From a virus: a DNA stretch of 64,000 nt. Below, one piece after another: positions 36,901 through 50,500 of the stretch. The stretch lies in the IMG/VR virus record IMGVR_UViG_3300042557_001040, positions 1 to 64,000 of that record. The stretch is one strand, 5' to 3'. Position numbers and translations under genes: made by a program. The notes under the pieces are model-generated. The model saw only the letters and a program-made list of their open reading frames with translations, was not told the origin of the DNA and did not search any database. How positions within the stretch are numbered: position 1 is the stretch's first letter; each line of letters begins with the position of its first letter.

Positions 36901-38558
36901 ATAAGTTTAACGAGCATAAGTTGTTGTTCTTTACTACCAACACCTTTAGCATTAATTATACCTCTATATGATTCTATATACTTATCCACTTCAATAAGTA
37001 ATGAGGCATAATTTGGTTTTTCCATATTTTTTGGATCAGATATTTCTTTATGATAATCAGTGATTTCTTGCATTGCATAATTTAAAAAAGCACCATAGGC
37101 AAGTGATGGTCTATCATTTCTAAGATCTGAACCCATCATTGCCATGAGTTCATTTATCTTATCAATCATAACATCTTTTTCTATAAATGTTTTTCCTTTA
37201 CGTATTTTTTCTAAATACTTTTTACGAGCTTCAAATGTGTTAATTACCTTTTTACTCTCATCATACATTTGAGTAAACTTATCATCCCCATATATTTCAA
37301 TTTCTGGTTTACTATCTTCTTCACTTAAGAAATCAGGATCATTTACAGGATTATCGATTCCTAATTCTTTTTTGAGCTCATCAAGTCTATTTCTAGGTTC
37401 TAAATCTGTTGGTATAAGTTTATTTACATAAGTTTGATTCATACTAATAGAATGCTGTTCCTCACCCTCCCACTCAATATCTTTTATTTTTTTATCAACA
37501 TCCAAATCTAACTTTAGATGTAAAGTGTGAAGTTCAACAACATCAAAACCTTTAAGCTCAATAAGTTTTTTATATGCCGCTAATTGAATACCATGTTGCT
37601 GTCTTGTAGATAAACTTTGCCCTTTAAAAACAGAACCTTCTGCATCATCTTTTATTAAATATTTTTTATCATAATTTTCTGATTTAACACTATTTTTAGA
37701 AGCTTTTAAATCTACAATTTTTATTTTACCATCAGGTGTTATTACCAAAAGATCAAGTGAGCCAGCTATTTTAGAATATTTATCACCAATTGCGGCCTGT
37801 GTTACTATAATAGAACCATCTTTAGTAAGCATATTTATATACACTTGAAATAGCCCATAAGCTGTTTTTAATTTATCATGAGGAATATTGTCAATGTCTT
37901 TTACAGCATCTTCAAATTTTTGACCAAGAATAACACCCTGTAAAAGTTTATCAAATGAAGTTCCATATTCTCTATTAATAGCAAACTCATCATTCATAAG
38001 CTTACCTTTGATACCGGTAGTAACAGAAGTGTAGGTTTCACCATCTTCATCTACATAAACATGTTCACTAGGTTCAAGAACTACAGGATTATCAGAATTT
38101 TCTATAAGATCGTTTACAATACGTTTTTGTAATGCGTTTCCTTTTTTACCAGCTTTATTAAGAAATTCTTTTCTTTCAGGGTCCAGTACAAATGCCACAC
38201 TGGTACTAACAAACTTTTTTGTAGGATCATCTAACAAATCATTATTAAATATATTAGATTTGGGTTCACCATTAGCATCAGCAAAACTGCCAAACATGCT
38301 ATTTTTTTTAGTAAAGTATTCTTGATACTCTGAGCTATATGCAATACTCCATAAACCAACCGCTATTTCTTCTGGAGATTCATTAAGCAGTGTCCCATCA
38401 TCAAGACGATTTTTTAAATAAGGAATTTGATCAAGGTATTTTTTTACACCTTTTTCTTTTACTTTATTAAGAAGTTCTTTATAAAGTATTGAATCTTCAC
38501 CATTAGGGGCTAAAACCCTATCCACCTTACCATCTTTTCTATATAATTGACAGGCCAT
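33990..38558 (-). CDS. Large virion cargo/ejected protein with PD-(D/E)XK nuclease domain
   Basis: YTSVT, AGSLDLL...IVDLKAS, QLAAY; adjacent to the virion RNAP as in crAss-like phages. Confidence 0.8.
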   Translation of the reverse strand: MACQLYRKDGKVDRVLAPNGEDSILYKELLNKVKEKGVKKYLDQIPYLKNRLDDGTLLNESPEEIAVGLWSIAYSSEYQEYFTKKNSMFGSFADANGEPKSNIFNNDLLDDPTKKFVSTSVAFVLDPERKEFLNKAGKKGNALQKRIVNDLIENSDNPVVLEPSEHVYVDEDGETYTSVTTGIKGKLMNDEFAINREYGTSFDKLLQGVILGQKFEDAVKDIDNIPHDKLKTAYGLFQVYINMLTKDGSIIVTQAAIGDKYSKIAGSLDLLVITPDGKIKIVDLKASKNSVKSENYDKKYLIKDDAEGSVFKGQSLSTRQQHGIQLAAYKKLIELKGFDVVELHTLHLKLDLDVDKKIKDIEWEGEEQHSISMNQTYVNKLIPTDLEPRNRLDELKKELGIDNPVNDPDFLSEEDSKPEIEIYGDDKFTQMYDESKKVINTFEARKKYLEKIRKGKTFIEKDVMIDKINELMAMMGSDLRNDRPSLAYGAFLNYAMQEITDYHKEISDPKNMEKPNYASLLIEVDKYIESYRGIINAKGVGSKEQQLMLVKLIDTLDDVKESIDNNLESYVKNVIKSNTSRDLTQDELNKIMKEVYDIPAEDYYLGDLATSKDTLLAIADKIYKAAVNKAKDNSESTASKIAQLGNNLLKAFGIKKTTKDFYDFMKVFKNGKFTGRYVSRVGSQYYDKYYEIKNTLREKNGDKKQYIPITDITKASDEDLQFNILLFRDKTAYREFMNAETIGPQGAKDGKYHKYTDFFKTIRDRYQDLVAYSKPDGELFYKWEKKEDVTDEQYEQFRLKYFNEATYWSPQFESDGTFQGRVTLKTNWFVKSEFVEIRDIAEDGTDLRDPKYVKLMNPVTEQEKAQSNFYKGWVEEYQNQLEKLPQDVASAQRGKVGRVRGKFMETLKKNGGSFTKAVAKSLKDFFSTEIYTNQRIVDELGQVENGLPILYVGKLQNEKRVEYLKKELEAFKQKKLEGKISQKEFLEKRNKLKEYIKIEESKIKVEEIEGDLVENLIQFAAMAENFEIMSNIESDLQAIAKIMEDRDYYEIDSLGNKLIRKGSKLNKESEGKAVVKRKENVFAIKRLNKWFKMVYYNNEEFNRTTMALISKRIQNLTSLKGVGFNIFGNINNYVMGRINNSIETAGSLYYDRPAANRAVGEYNKDYLPNIFRGLGEHSDGYQIGKKAKSKYEAIVEYFRMVRHYQKDQGKVDFMSWAYLLQEGGEFNVQSKTGVAITMTRTLKNSKTGETLSVYDAFDFNPNTGELKLKDGFEMSDKERYDLINYILEVNKQIHGNYAFQDRMVIQDHWIGQLAAQFHKWIYPAYKSRFKERYIDENLGTVEGRYVTVLSFLKYVKEAEGTFIEKLRTGWKDMDSVQIKNMYKNLAELAFLAASFALYGIVRGIADGIPPEDKFIKRWLNFLAYQQSRQVKEISTMMPLVGIEEQYQIAKSPFAILTTLKDFGQAVEKSLSLPIPPYEKNYYERGTHKGDLKVWKEWKDVIPALNVLNKWDSYDQVKSFYIK

Positions 38559-38580
38559 TATTTATATTGATTTAAAATTT

Positions 38581-41500
38581 TTAGGGTTGTGCGCATCTAT
38601 CATTTAAAGGATTATCATCATCTAATTTTGTATCATCTGATTTGATACTACCAAATCCCATCAATCTTTCAAACTCTTTTCTTTTTTCCATATCCGTTAT
38701 GCCAAGTTTTTCTTCTTTTGACCCAACTGCTGGTACATTTTTACTAGCTTGAGATGGTTTTTCATTATCACCCATTCCTAATGCTGCAAGAAATCTATTT
38801 CTTAAAGCGGTATCCGTAACACCTAATTCTTTAGCTTTTTCTTCAGTAAGGTTTTCATCAACAATAGGCGTTTCTCCTAATGTTTCATTTCCTTTTATTT
38901 GAGGAGCTGATGATGTAATGTCATATCCTAACATATAAACTAATTGTCCTGGGGTTTTTACAGTTTTTTTCGCATCATCTGGTATAGCATCCCAGACATC
39001 ACCTACAAATTTAAAGGATTTACTAGCGGTATCAAAAGTAAAAGTAATGCCTTCTCTAGCGAGTATTTCTTTTGGCGTACCAGTCACATTTTTAGTAGCA
39101 GCGGTTGCTATTTCTTTTTTTTGTGTAACAGATGTTTCTCCTGGTTTAACAAATCCTCTGTTAATCATCCACATCTCCTCTTTTTCAGGATCGCTAAAAG
39201 CTCTTTCATAATAAGGATTATAAGAAGAAGGATTGGTTGTAAGCTTTCTATATCTAGGAAGTTTAGCAGTATCAGGAATTGGGTCAAAAACCTCTCCTGC
39301 CTTAAAAGTTTTTGAAGAACCCTTTCTTTCTATTTTTTGGTATACAGCTTTTACACCAGAAGCAACAGTTTCCCCAGGTTGAATCATTCTTTTAGGGGAA
39401 CCTTTAGGTTGTTTTTGTGCTTTAGTAACCGATTTAAGAACAAAGAAAGTGTTTTCAAAATATTTTTTTCCTTCTGGTTTTATACTTTGTTTTATAATAT
39501 ATGGAAAAACAACCTCACCTTTTTTATTAGTATAAAAACCTTTAGCCCTTAAAGAATCCATATTTTTAGCAAATCTTTTCTTTTCATCAGGTGAATACTT
39601 AAAACTATCTGCCTTGGCTTTAGCTGCCTCTTCTTCTTTTTTAATCCATTCTTTTTTTCCTTCTTCATCTAATTGAGAAAACTTTTCAGTTTCTTCAGCC
39701 AACATGGTATAATAATCAGCATCATCCATCCATGTTATTTCAGATTCTTCTTCTTCAGTGAAAGCCTTTTGTTTTTCTTTTATACGAGCACCATTGAAAA
39801 TATCAATTTTTATTTTATCACCGTCTATTACAACAGATTTGGGTTCAAAGCCATCTACATTTTTATTTCCTACATCTTTGAACTTAGGTTCAGCAAATAG
39901 AGTCATACTTCTAACATAATATCCATTTCCAACATGCCTTGTATATATATGCATAAATTCATTAAACAAATCATTAGCTGTTAACCCAAATACTTTTTTA
40001 TACTCTTCATCTATATTTTTTGTTGTGACCATGTTTAATTTCAAAACATCATTAGCTATTCCTGTACTTTGCATCAAATCTGTAAACATAAAGTTAGGAA
40101 TAAACTTAATAAAACTATTACTTCTAAACTGACCACCATCTTTTACCAACAGATAATTAAAAAGAGCATTAGCCATGTCTCTACCGTTTCTACCATTGCC
40201 ATCAAAATCAATATCAGATTGATAGATTTCTATAAAACTATCTCTTAATTTTTCTATTTGATATTCATTAAGTTTAGCCCAAGTGTTAGATTCTAGTTTA
40301 TTAAATCCATCTTTATTTTTAGGATTGAGTCCAGCCTCTCCTTTAGCATTAACTATGGTGGTAGATATTACATTTAAAAATCTTTTGGCAATATAGTTAT
40401 TTGGAAGTTTTTGTCTAATCGTTCTAATAACATCCACTATATCAGAAAACTTGTCTCCTTTTGCTATAGCACCTTCATCATATATAAGGGCATTGGTCAT
40501 TGTAGATAAAGTTCCTGCTCGCCCTCTATCAGCAAGAAATTTTCTATATGCTTTTATAGAAAGATAAGAAATCAAATCTCTTTTCAAATCTACATTAAAT
40601 TTATCTTTAAGAGATGCTCTTACACTCAAGTTATCTTTTACAATATTTTCAATACGCTTAAACACACTTGTTCTTTCCAAGAACATGCTTTTGCTGAGAT
40701 CATTAATTTGATCAGCTATTTTAATCCATTTAGAAATATAGTGAGATTGTTTAGATTCATCATAACCCATGAATACTTGACGTAAATCAAATGGTGGAGG
40801 AGTTTTTCTACCTTCAGGTATAAATTTCTCAAAAGCATCATCATTTTGATTTCTTAAACCCAGTTTTTCTATTTTGTTATTAATACCATCATAGTCTTCC
40901 CAAGATGTACCAAGTCCTTTAACAAGCTTAAGTACTTGAGCAACATCAGAAAAGTATTTAGTTTGATTTGATATCCCTATAAAATCTTCTAATACAGAAG
41001 CCTGATATATAGCACTACTCCCATTATTTTTAATATTGGATACCATTATATCATCTGTAAGATCTTCTTTTACATAGTCATCTCCAGCTAATTTCTTATA
41101 TTTTTCAAAAAGTTTTTTAGCCACTTGAGACTTGTATATTTTACTTTCCTCATTTGTTTTAATATTATTTGAAGCTATTTTGGTTAGTTCAAAATACTCT
41201 CTTACAGCAGGTTGTAACATTAAAAGAATAGAAGATTTTAAAGGAACACCTTGAGCTACCATATTAGAAACATAACCAAGAGCCTCCATGTTAAGACCAA
41301 GTCTAGCAGCCAAACGTTCTTTAGCATTATCTGTCATAGCTGATACTAAAGTAGATATAATGTTTGTTATACGATCTTCACCATCATATTTACCAGTGGC
41401 TGCATTATAACTATTAGAATGTGAATAACTATCAAATGTGTGACCATTTATTTTAATCTTATACATTTTAACCTTCTTGCCCTTAGCATCTTTAAAAGTG

Positions 41501-44500
41501 TCTCTAAGGTTAATCTTAAAGTTATTCAGTATGGCATAAGTAAGCATTGAGTTAACAGCCGCACCAATGTTTCTAGAACCTTCTTTATTATTTTTAAAAG
41601 CTTTGTATTTACCTATAATAGAATCAACATCAACTCCTCCTTCTGTAAGAATATTTTCTATTTCTGTTGGTAATACTTTTTGTCCATTTTCATTTTCTGT
41701 AGATAATAAATCAATAAGATTACCAGCTACATTTGGATCTAATAAATTGGTAAGAGCAGTTAAGGACGCAACTTCAAATGCTATAGATCTGCTTCCACCT
41801 GAAATAACATGTTCATTAGTAAGCATCAATAACTTCTGCTCTAAAATTCTATTATTAAGAACACCATTATTAAGTTCTTTTTTACTTTTGGCATAATCTA
41901 AAACATTAGATGGAAGTTTTAAAGACCCAAGGGCCTGAGCTATAAGTTTTTGTTCTACACCGTCTAACTTTTTTACTAAATCTTTAAATTCATTTACCCA
42001 TTTTTTACCCATATCAATAATAGCTTGACGTTCGTCCGCTGTTATTTTTCCACCAAGTTCTTCACTAAAATAAACACTTTCAAATATTCTAAACTCATCT
42101 AAATCTTTTGTAAGTTTTTTATACTCTTTATATTTTTTAGATAGTTCTTGATATATAGGATTTGTTTCTTTTAATTCTTGAAGAACATCTCTAAATGCCT
42201 TGTTATTATTTGCATTCCAGCGTACATATTCTTCAAATTTTCCTTCTTTAGAAGTTTCTGTTCCATAAGGAAAACGTTGACCATCTTTTACATATGTATC
42301 ATATATGTGCATATACAGTTTATCAATATCAAAGTCAGCACCAGATATTTCTATGAGTTCATGGGGAAAGATAGCAGTGGAACCATAATATGCTGGCATA
42401 AATCCAACAAGTCTAAGGGCTACAAAGCTATGTTTTGCCTGTGATGGGATACGTACACCAAACATTTTAGCTATGTGATCAGGAATAGGTTCACCTGGCT
42501 TTAAGTTAAAGTACTCAGCATAGTGAGCTGGCATAATAAACTCTGTATATCTACCTATAATTTTACCATTCTTATCATATTCTGGTACGTTATGTCTAAG
42601 ATCATCTACATAGATGTCTCCTTTTTTCATTTGCTCAAACTTGCGATCAATACTATTATTCCATCTTTTAGCATTCTTTATATATCTATTTGGATTTTGT
42701 TTAATAACTCTTTCATCTACCACTGTTCCAATAGGATTACCCTCTTCATCATAACGTCCAGTAAATATTTTAACTACTTGTTTACCGTAATTGGACATCA
42801 AGGCAACAGAGTGACCTGGAGTTTTTTCACTCATAACTCCTTTAGAAAAATAAGCTAAAAATAATTGAGTGTATTTGTCAAGAGTGATATTGTTGTTAAG
42901 ATTATATTTAGGTTTTCCATCTTCTCCTAAAGAAAAGAAATCAATAAGTTGACTATCTGCTCCTGTAGAACGTAATGTTTCTACAGCTCTTTTTTGAAAC
43001 TTTTGAAGCTGTGGACTTATTTTACCTTGGTCCATAGACTTTCCTAGCTCTGAATAAGCACTGTCTATATTAAAGATTTCATCTCTACTTCTTGTATAGT
43101 TATTTGTAACACGTTGGTCAACATCACTAAGATACATTTTTTTAATATCTCCAATTGTTAACTGACTACCATCTTCTTTAGTGCTTCTACCCATAAAAGT
43201 AACAGGAGTAGAATCTTCTTGTTCAGAAAGTATAATCTGTTTGGCCTGACTGGGATCTGTAATTTGTATTTTATTAGAAGGGTTAACCAACTGAAGTCTC
43301 CAATAATTTGTATCTTGCTTTACAAAATTTTCATCTTTAGCATTTTGAAATCCTAAACTATGATCAAATATATTTCTCTTAATACCCTTACTAGATTCTC
43401 TATCTCCAGCAAATACTACAGTATTATTATCTTTTTCAAACTTTTCCATTCTTTCCCTAAGTTCATGTAACTCTTCAGAACCAGGAATAGCTACCCACTT
43501 ACCATTTACTTTCATAGAAGTAAACTCTTTAGTAAGCATTACAGTGGATGTTTTAATATATTGAAGACCATCAAAATAAACAAGCTTTTTAGAGTTAAAC
43601 ATTGCTTCCATATCTTTTAACCCACCTGAACCAAAAATTTCTTTTTCAGTGAGTTCTTGACCAGCTTCTAACTTATCAAGAATTTTAGCAATTGCCGGTG
43701 TAAGTTGACCTAAACCATGAAGAGTATATCTCATACTCTTTACAGTTTGATAAGATTGGGCATCTGCTTTATTTTTTAAACCACCAGCATAGTTAGCTTT
43801 AAATTTAGGACTTGTAAAAGTAAGCATGTAACTTTTAGTAAATGCTTCTGTAATACCAAGTTCAGGAGATGTTACAACAGAATATAAACTGGGCCCACTA
43901 CCATTAGCACCTCTAGCACGTTTAATAATATCAATTTCATCTTTAAATGCTTTAGCCTCATCACCATACAGTATTTGATTAATAGATAATGTATTAATAT
44001 AATCATTTATTAATATCTGACCAAGATTATGTCTGAGATTTCCTGGTTTAATGTTTAACAAATCATTTCTTCTTTCATCTATAACATCCTTACCATTTTC
44101 TTTTTTAGTAAAGCCTATCCTTAAAAAATCATCAACAAGATTATTTTGAATTTCTTCTTCATTACCTTCTTCAGATTTACTTACTGTAACAACACCAAGG
44201 TCATTGGCAAGTTTAACAAAATCTTCAATTTGTTTTTCCCAATATTCTTTAATTCTACTATTTATCTTAGTATTTTTAGAAGCAATATCAAAAGCATCAT
44301 CTAAACTATCTTGTTCTAATTCATCAGCTAATTCTGTTCCTAGCATATTAGCCATCTTATAGAACTTTAAACCTCTTGGTTTTTTCTTATCTGTTCTTCT
44401 ACCATCACCATCTACAGCATAATGATAACCTTGTATTTCACCATCTGGATATATGCCTGATTTTATTTCAGCTCTTACTTTCTTAATACGATTAAACTCT

Positions 44501-47500
44501 CTAACTACTTCTTTATTAATAATATTAATAGCCTCTTGACTTAAACTAACCTTCCCACTTGTTGTAGAAGTAACCACCTTATTGACCGGTAAAGCAATTG
44601 TATCACCTGTATTAGAAGCTTCTATCACTCTAATAAGATGATTGCTAGTCATAAATCTATTTCCATTTTCACCCCTATGTTCCTTATTATATTGATACAA
44701 TTCTAATAAAGATATTAAAAACTCACGATCAGAAAAACTACCATAGGTGATACCTTCATTTTGATTAGCTTGAATTGTTTTATCTTCTATTAGTTCACCA
44801 GTCTCATTTTCTTTAAGAATTGAACTCTTCATTCCTTCAATTCTTTGCACTCTAAGATTTCCAAGAAGAGATTTAAAATCTTCTGAACTTAATAAATGAT
44901 TTTGCTCAAGAAAATCATCAAGCTTAATTTTATTTAATTCATCTATATCATTAAGAGAATTAATCTTGACTAAATGGAATGTAGGAAGCTGATGCGCATA
45001 CACTAATTCACCTTCAGCATTTCTATAGGATGTACCACTAACCGTTTCATCAAAAACAGCATTACCTTTAGCTAACTCATTAAGACGAGATATATTACCA
45101 CCCTCTCCTAAACTGTCTGCTTCTTCTTCACCATCTTCTTCTCCCGTAATGGGCATGTTTTCATCATTAAGGCTGTCTATATTTTTAGCAAAAGGATTTT
45201 CCAAAGCTTGTATAGACTTAACAATAGCTTTTAAACCATTTAAATCCATTGGTCCAACTTCACTATATGATTCAGCAAGTCTTCTTTGATTTTCAGTTCT
45301 GAGATCAGGTTGCTTAGATGCAGCTATAGAGAATTTAATATAAAGTGGAGATAAGGAAATACCCAAGTCTTCTTTAAGCCTATTGCTTAAATCTTGAGAA
45401 AGATCATCTAATCTTTCATCAGAAAAATATACACCAGGATCATGTGCGCTCAATAGTTCTTGAAATGATAAACTTTTTTCCTTAGCAAACTCTCTTCTTT
45501 CTTCTTCAGATTTAAGTGCTAAAACAGGAGTTTCAAACTGATGTATATAAGCATTCTGCCATTGTGTAAACTGAGTTTTAGCAGCACCCATTCTATTAGC
45601 CAACATTAATCTTGTAACCCTACCTTTATTACGAATATCTTTATTCATAAAAATATAATCCACGGTGTATTGTTGAAATCCTTTAACCACCATTTGAAAA
45701 AGAGTAGCTTGTTTAGGATTTGTAATATCAAAATCACCGGTATTTGGATCTATGACAAGACCAACTTCATCAAAGAATTTATTTAAAAACTTACCAGTTT
45801 CTGTATTATTGTCTCTTAAATAAAGCAGCCTATTTATAAATTTCTTTTGATCTGTAATATTAGCAACAGCCTTGAGAATACCACCATAAACCAAATTAGC
45901 ATTTACAGATTGTATTAGTGGTTCCCCATTTACCATTTCTGTATTTCCAAACTCATCCCTATCTATTACATAAGATGTAGATGCTATGTACTGACGTAAG
46001 AATTTAGAAAGACTACCAAATCCTCCAATAGAATGAGTTTCTTTCCAATTATCTGTAGTAACTCTAGTACCAAATTCTTCTTCTGTAGTAGTAAACTCAT
46101 CATCTTCAAGCTCCTGTTGATATCCCATTATATTTAAATGAACATCTACAGCCTCCATCAAAGTTTCCCTATTCTCTTTACGATAGAATATATTAAACTT
46201 TTGATCTAATTTATTCATATAGGCTTTAGCTTGGGCAGGATCTATATCCATCAGCTTTGTCTGTTCATCATAATAAAACTCTTTTCTAGAACCTCTAGGG
46301 TTATATAATTCTAAAAAGTCATCTATAATACCATTAAGAATTTCTTTTTTATTATACTTTCCAGTTTCAGTATTAAGTGCTCTAACATGAAACATTGAAG
46401 CTATCGTACTAGCTATCTGATCTCCTTCTTGCTGAGGAAGGTATTTGTCTATTGGTATAATATCTCCATTTTCATCATCTACATAATCTTCACCTATTTT
46501 AATAGCTTTTAATGCAGGTTCATTAATACTAAGAGCATCTGGCTTGGTAAACCTATTATCTTTGATATTAGAATTTTTATACTTACCTCTGTCTATCTCA
46601 CGGAATAAACCAGTAAGTTCATTACTTGTAAATTTTCCAAACAGTCCCTTTATGAAATCCCAAATCTTTTGAAATAAACCACGAATACCTGGAAGAATTT
46701 TTTTAGAGTCTTGATTCATTTTCCATTCATCAAACTTATCAGCCATATATTCCTCATAGTATCTATTTTCTAGCTCAGCATCTGTCATGTCCGCATAAAT
46801 AGTATGAAGCTCTCGCATTGCTTTAATTTCTGAAGCAAGTGTTTTACCTTCTTTGGCAAGTTCTTTTTTCACTTCAAGTTTTGCATATGCCAAAAACTTA
46901 TTTATTTCTTTATCAGTGAGCATTAAACGAAAAACAGCATGAAAAGCCTCATGGTATTTAAATGGACTATTCTCACCAACTTCAATACGTCCTCTCACTT
47001 GAGTTTTACCATTCTGAAGTTTTTGTAAGTAAGTTAAGAATCTACCTACAGTGATATTACCATTTTTAAGATTAGTAGCAAGTAAGTCCATATCTTCTAC
47101 AGATACAATATCACCAAGGATACGACCTACATACTTTTTAAACTGATCAATATTAACCACACTAGTGGCATCAAAGGTTGGCTTATTTACCACCTTGGGA
47201 GCCATGTTTCTATTTGAATTTCTAAGTTCATTTAGTTTAGCTTTTTCAGCGTTAATTCTATCTTTAAATAAATCAACAGCTTCATCATTAGATAATCTTA
47301 AAGCTTCACCGGATCTCATTCCAGCCTTTACTTTTTCTTCCAGTATTTTTTGAGCCTCTATTTCTCTTTCAGCCTCAAGCTTTTTTATATTATCTCTTAT
47401 TTGTTGAGCAGGGGATAATCCTGTTTCTTCAAGTTTAGTTTTTTCAACAGGAGTTTCTTCTTTTTCTTGTACAGAGGGGCTTGCCCCAATTCCCATTTCT

Positions 47501-50500
47501 TTTAAAAACCTAGCTCTTAAATTTTCATCTATTGGTACCCCAGCATTATTTTGCATAGACTGAGCAGGTGCTGGCGCCACACCTTTCGTTTGTACACCTG
47601 TTTTAATATCAGGTGCAGGAAGACTAAAACTTGCTTTAACAGAAAGAGGTATATTCTTAACCATCTTTTCTGATAAATTAGTTTTTAATTTTTTAATATC
47701 ATCATATCCACTAACATCTGGAGTACCTTGTCTAAAGTTTTCTCTAGTTAATTTAAACCCTATAGCGTCTCTTTGATCAATAACAGCTTTATCATGCTCT
47801 TCTATACGTGAATTTATTTTAGATATCAAATCATCAATATCTTTTATGTTTACAGGATCAGTGAGTTTACTGCCATATAAACGTATTTTTCTACGTTTAA
47901 TTTCTTTACCCTCAAACATATTGTAAAAAGTCAATTCCAAATTGCCAGTATCACTTACACTAAAATCAATATACATACCTTTCTTTTCGATTGGTACAGA
48001 TATAAATAAATTAGCAGCTAATTCAGAGTTAAGCTTTTCATTAAAATCTACCTTTTTACGCTGATAAACTATTTCTTTTTTATCAGTGAGAGTTTCTTGT
48101 AAGTTCTTTTCTTTTGTCTCTTTGGCACGCTCATTAATTTGTTTAATAAAATCATTAAATTTTTCTTCTTCTAAAACATCTGTATTAAGTTCTACAAATC
48201 TAATTCTACCATTATCCATTTTAATAACGGCTACATATCTACCAAGTTGCTGAGTGGCATCTCTTTCATTTTTAACTTGTTTTACTTCTTCTTCTATTTT
48301 TCTTCTATCAGCACCAAAGGCGTTTGTTATAACATTTTCAGTGTTACTAAATGTATATCCAGACCCATAGCGTTTAGCGCGATCTAAAATATAATAAAAA
48401 CCATTAATTGTTTTATTGGGAAGATCTTCAAAAGAAACACCTGTTCCTTTAGGTACAAAATCAAATTCACCTGCACCAATTTCAAATGAAAGTATTTTAT
48501 CCAGTTGTTCTTTAGAAATTTCAATCTCTTGGCCTGGTTTTGCTAAAGAACTTAAAGCAACATATACTTTTTTAGAATTTTCAAATGAATTTTTAAAATC
48601 AAGCATTTGTTTTTCAATACCTCTACCTTTCAAATCAAATATACTTCTAAATTGATTTTTTGTAAGATCACTCATTGGTACGTTTACACCACCATTAGTG
48701 ATATATCTAAGAGTATCATAATTTCTTAAATATCCAATAGGTTCTCCTTTGTATACTATTTGAATTTGATATTTTTCAGAGTACTGTATAAGATTTGGAT
48801 TGGTTTTTTTATCTTTTCCTCCTGCTTCCTTTGAAGAAGCTATAGTTGTATTTTGTTTTATTCTAATAGTAGTGTTTGCTTTAATATCATTAGCATTAGT
48901 TTTCTTTAAGAAGTCGTCCATTCTTGCTTGAGCTTCTGCTTCTGTTTCCCCTTGTTTTCTATGAGGATAAATTCCACTGAGTTCATTGGTTCTATAAAGT
49001 CTAAACACATCTTTATCCACTGGTTCACCAGTGTCATATTTTTCTACTTTTTCTTTTATGGTGTAATTACTAAAATCTTTTTGACTTACAATTACAGCAT
49101 CACCATACTGTCTTACTCTATTTCTAAGAAGAAGTAATTTAATAAGAGGATTATTTTTTTCTTCATCAGCTTTGGCATAAAAAGGTCCACCTTTTGTATC
49201 AACTACAAATTGTTTTCCTGTTCTATTATCTACTAATATAAGACCGGCTCTTATTTCTGTACCTGCAAAAGGATAGTAAGAGCGATCTTTTTTAAAGTCA
49301 GCAGTATCTTTAGCAATAATGGCATCTCTAGCAGCCAAGGCTTGTTCTTTAGTAGAGTAGGTTAAAGCAACTGTTTCTTCATTTCTTTCAGACTTTGCTA
49401 CTTCATATTCTCCATTACTACTAATAATAAATAATCCATCTTTACCACTGTCTACTAACACTTCTCCTTTTTTCAATGTAGGAGGGGTAAGTTTTCTTTT
49501 TTTAGAAGGCAATTCTAATATGTCATGATTATCTTTTCCCGTAGGAGTTTTTTCTTTTTTTAAAGCAGCTAGTTCTGTTTCAATTTCTCTTGCAATTTTA
49601 TCCTGAGCATCTAATACTTCACCTGCAGGTAATTTAGAAGCATCTGTCCATTTATTTATTAAACTTAATAAATTTTTAGGAACATATTTATCAACTAAGT
49701 CCTGAACATCTTTTTCACTTGGATATTCTAATGTGGGTTTATATGTACCATCTGGTTGTTTTTCTCCCCATAATGTAGGTTTGTTTGAGTTTCTACTCCA
49801 AGTTAAAAGAAAGTCTTTTTTCTCTCCCCTCACCTCAATGTAAAATTGAGTTTCTTGTTCTGCAAACTTTGCCTCAATTATTCTATCAGTTTTAGCAGCA
49901 TCTGTAGGCTTAGCTCCTTCTAAAGCTGTTAGTTCTGCGTCAACATTTTTAGAATCAATTTCTCTTTGAATTTTATCAGAAAGTATTTGACTATAAGATT
50001 TGCTCTTACCATCTATAATTTCATCTTTACCATAAGATGATTCTAATATTTTATCACCATAAAAAAATTTAGCCACCTGTAAAGCAAGTTTAGCATCAGC
50101 TTCTGAATATCCATGCATTACAACTTGATCACTTAATGCAGGACCTTGAACTTCAAGATCTTGAAAAATTTTAACTCCTCCGTTATATCCTCTTTTTTGA
50201 AGCTCAATCATAAAATCTTTAAACATTTCTGGAGAAAAGTCATTAAGATTTTTTAAAGAGAAATAACTTTTATGTGTTACAGATTCTTTATCATTTGTTC
50301 CATTATTAATAGAAAAAAATAACCAAGAATTAGAATCTTTAGTTCCTGATAAAAGTCTAACATTCTTTGCAAGATATCTTTCTATTTGCGGCTTATTTAC
50401 AAGAGATAACATTGCATTATAAAAACTTTCAAATGCATCTTTTGCAGTTTGTGATAAAGACGCTCTATCAGCTTTAACCATATCTAGTACTTCTTGTACA

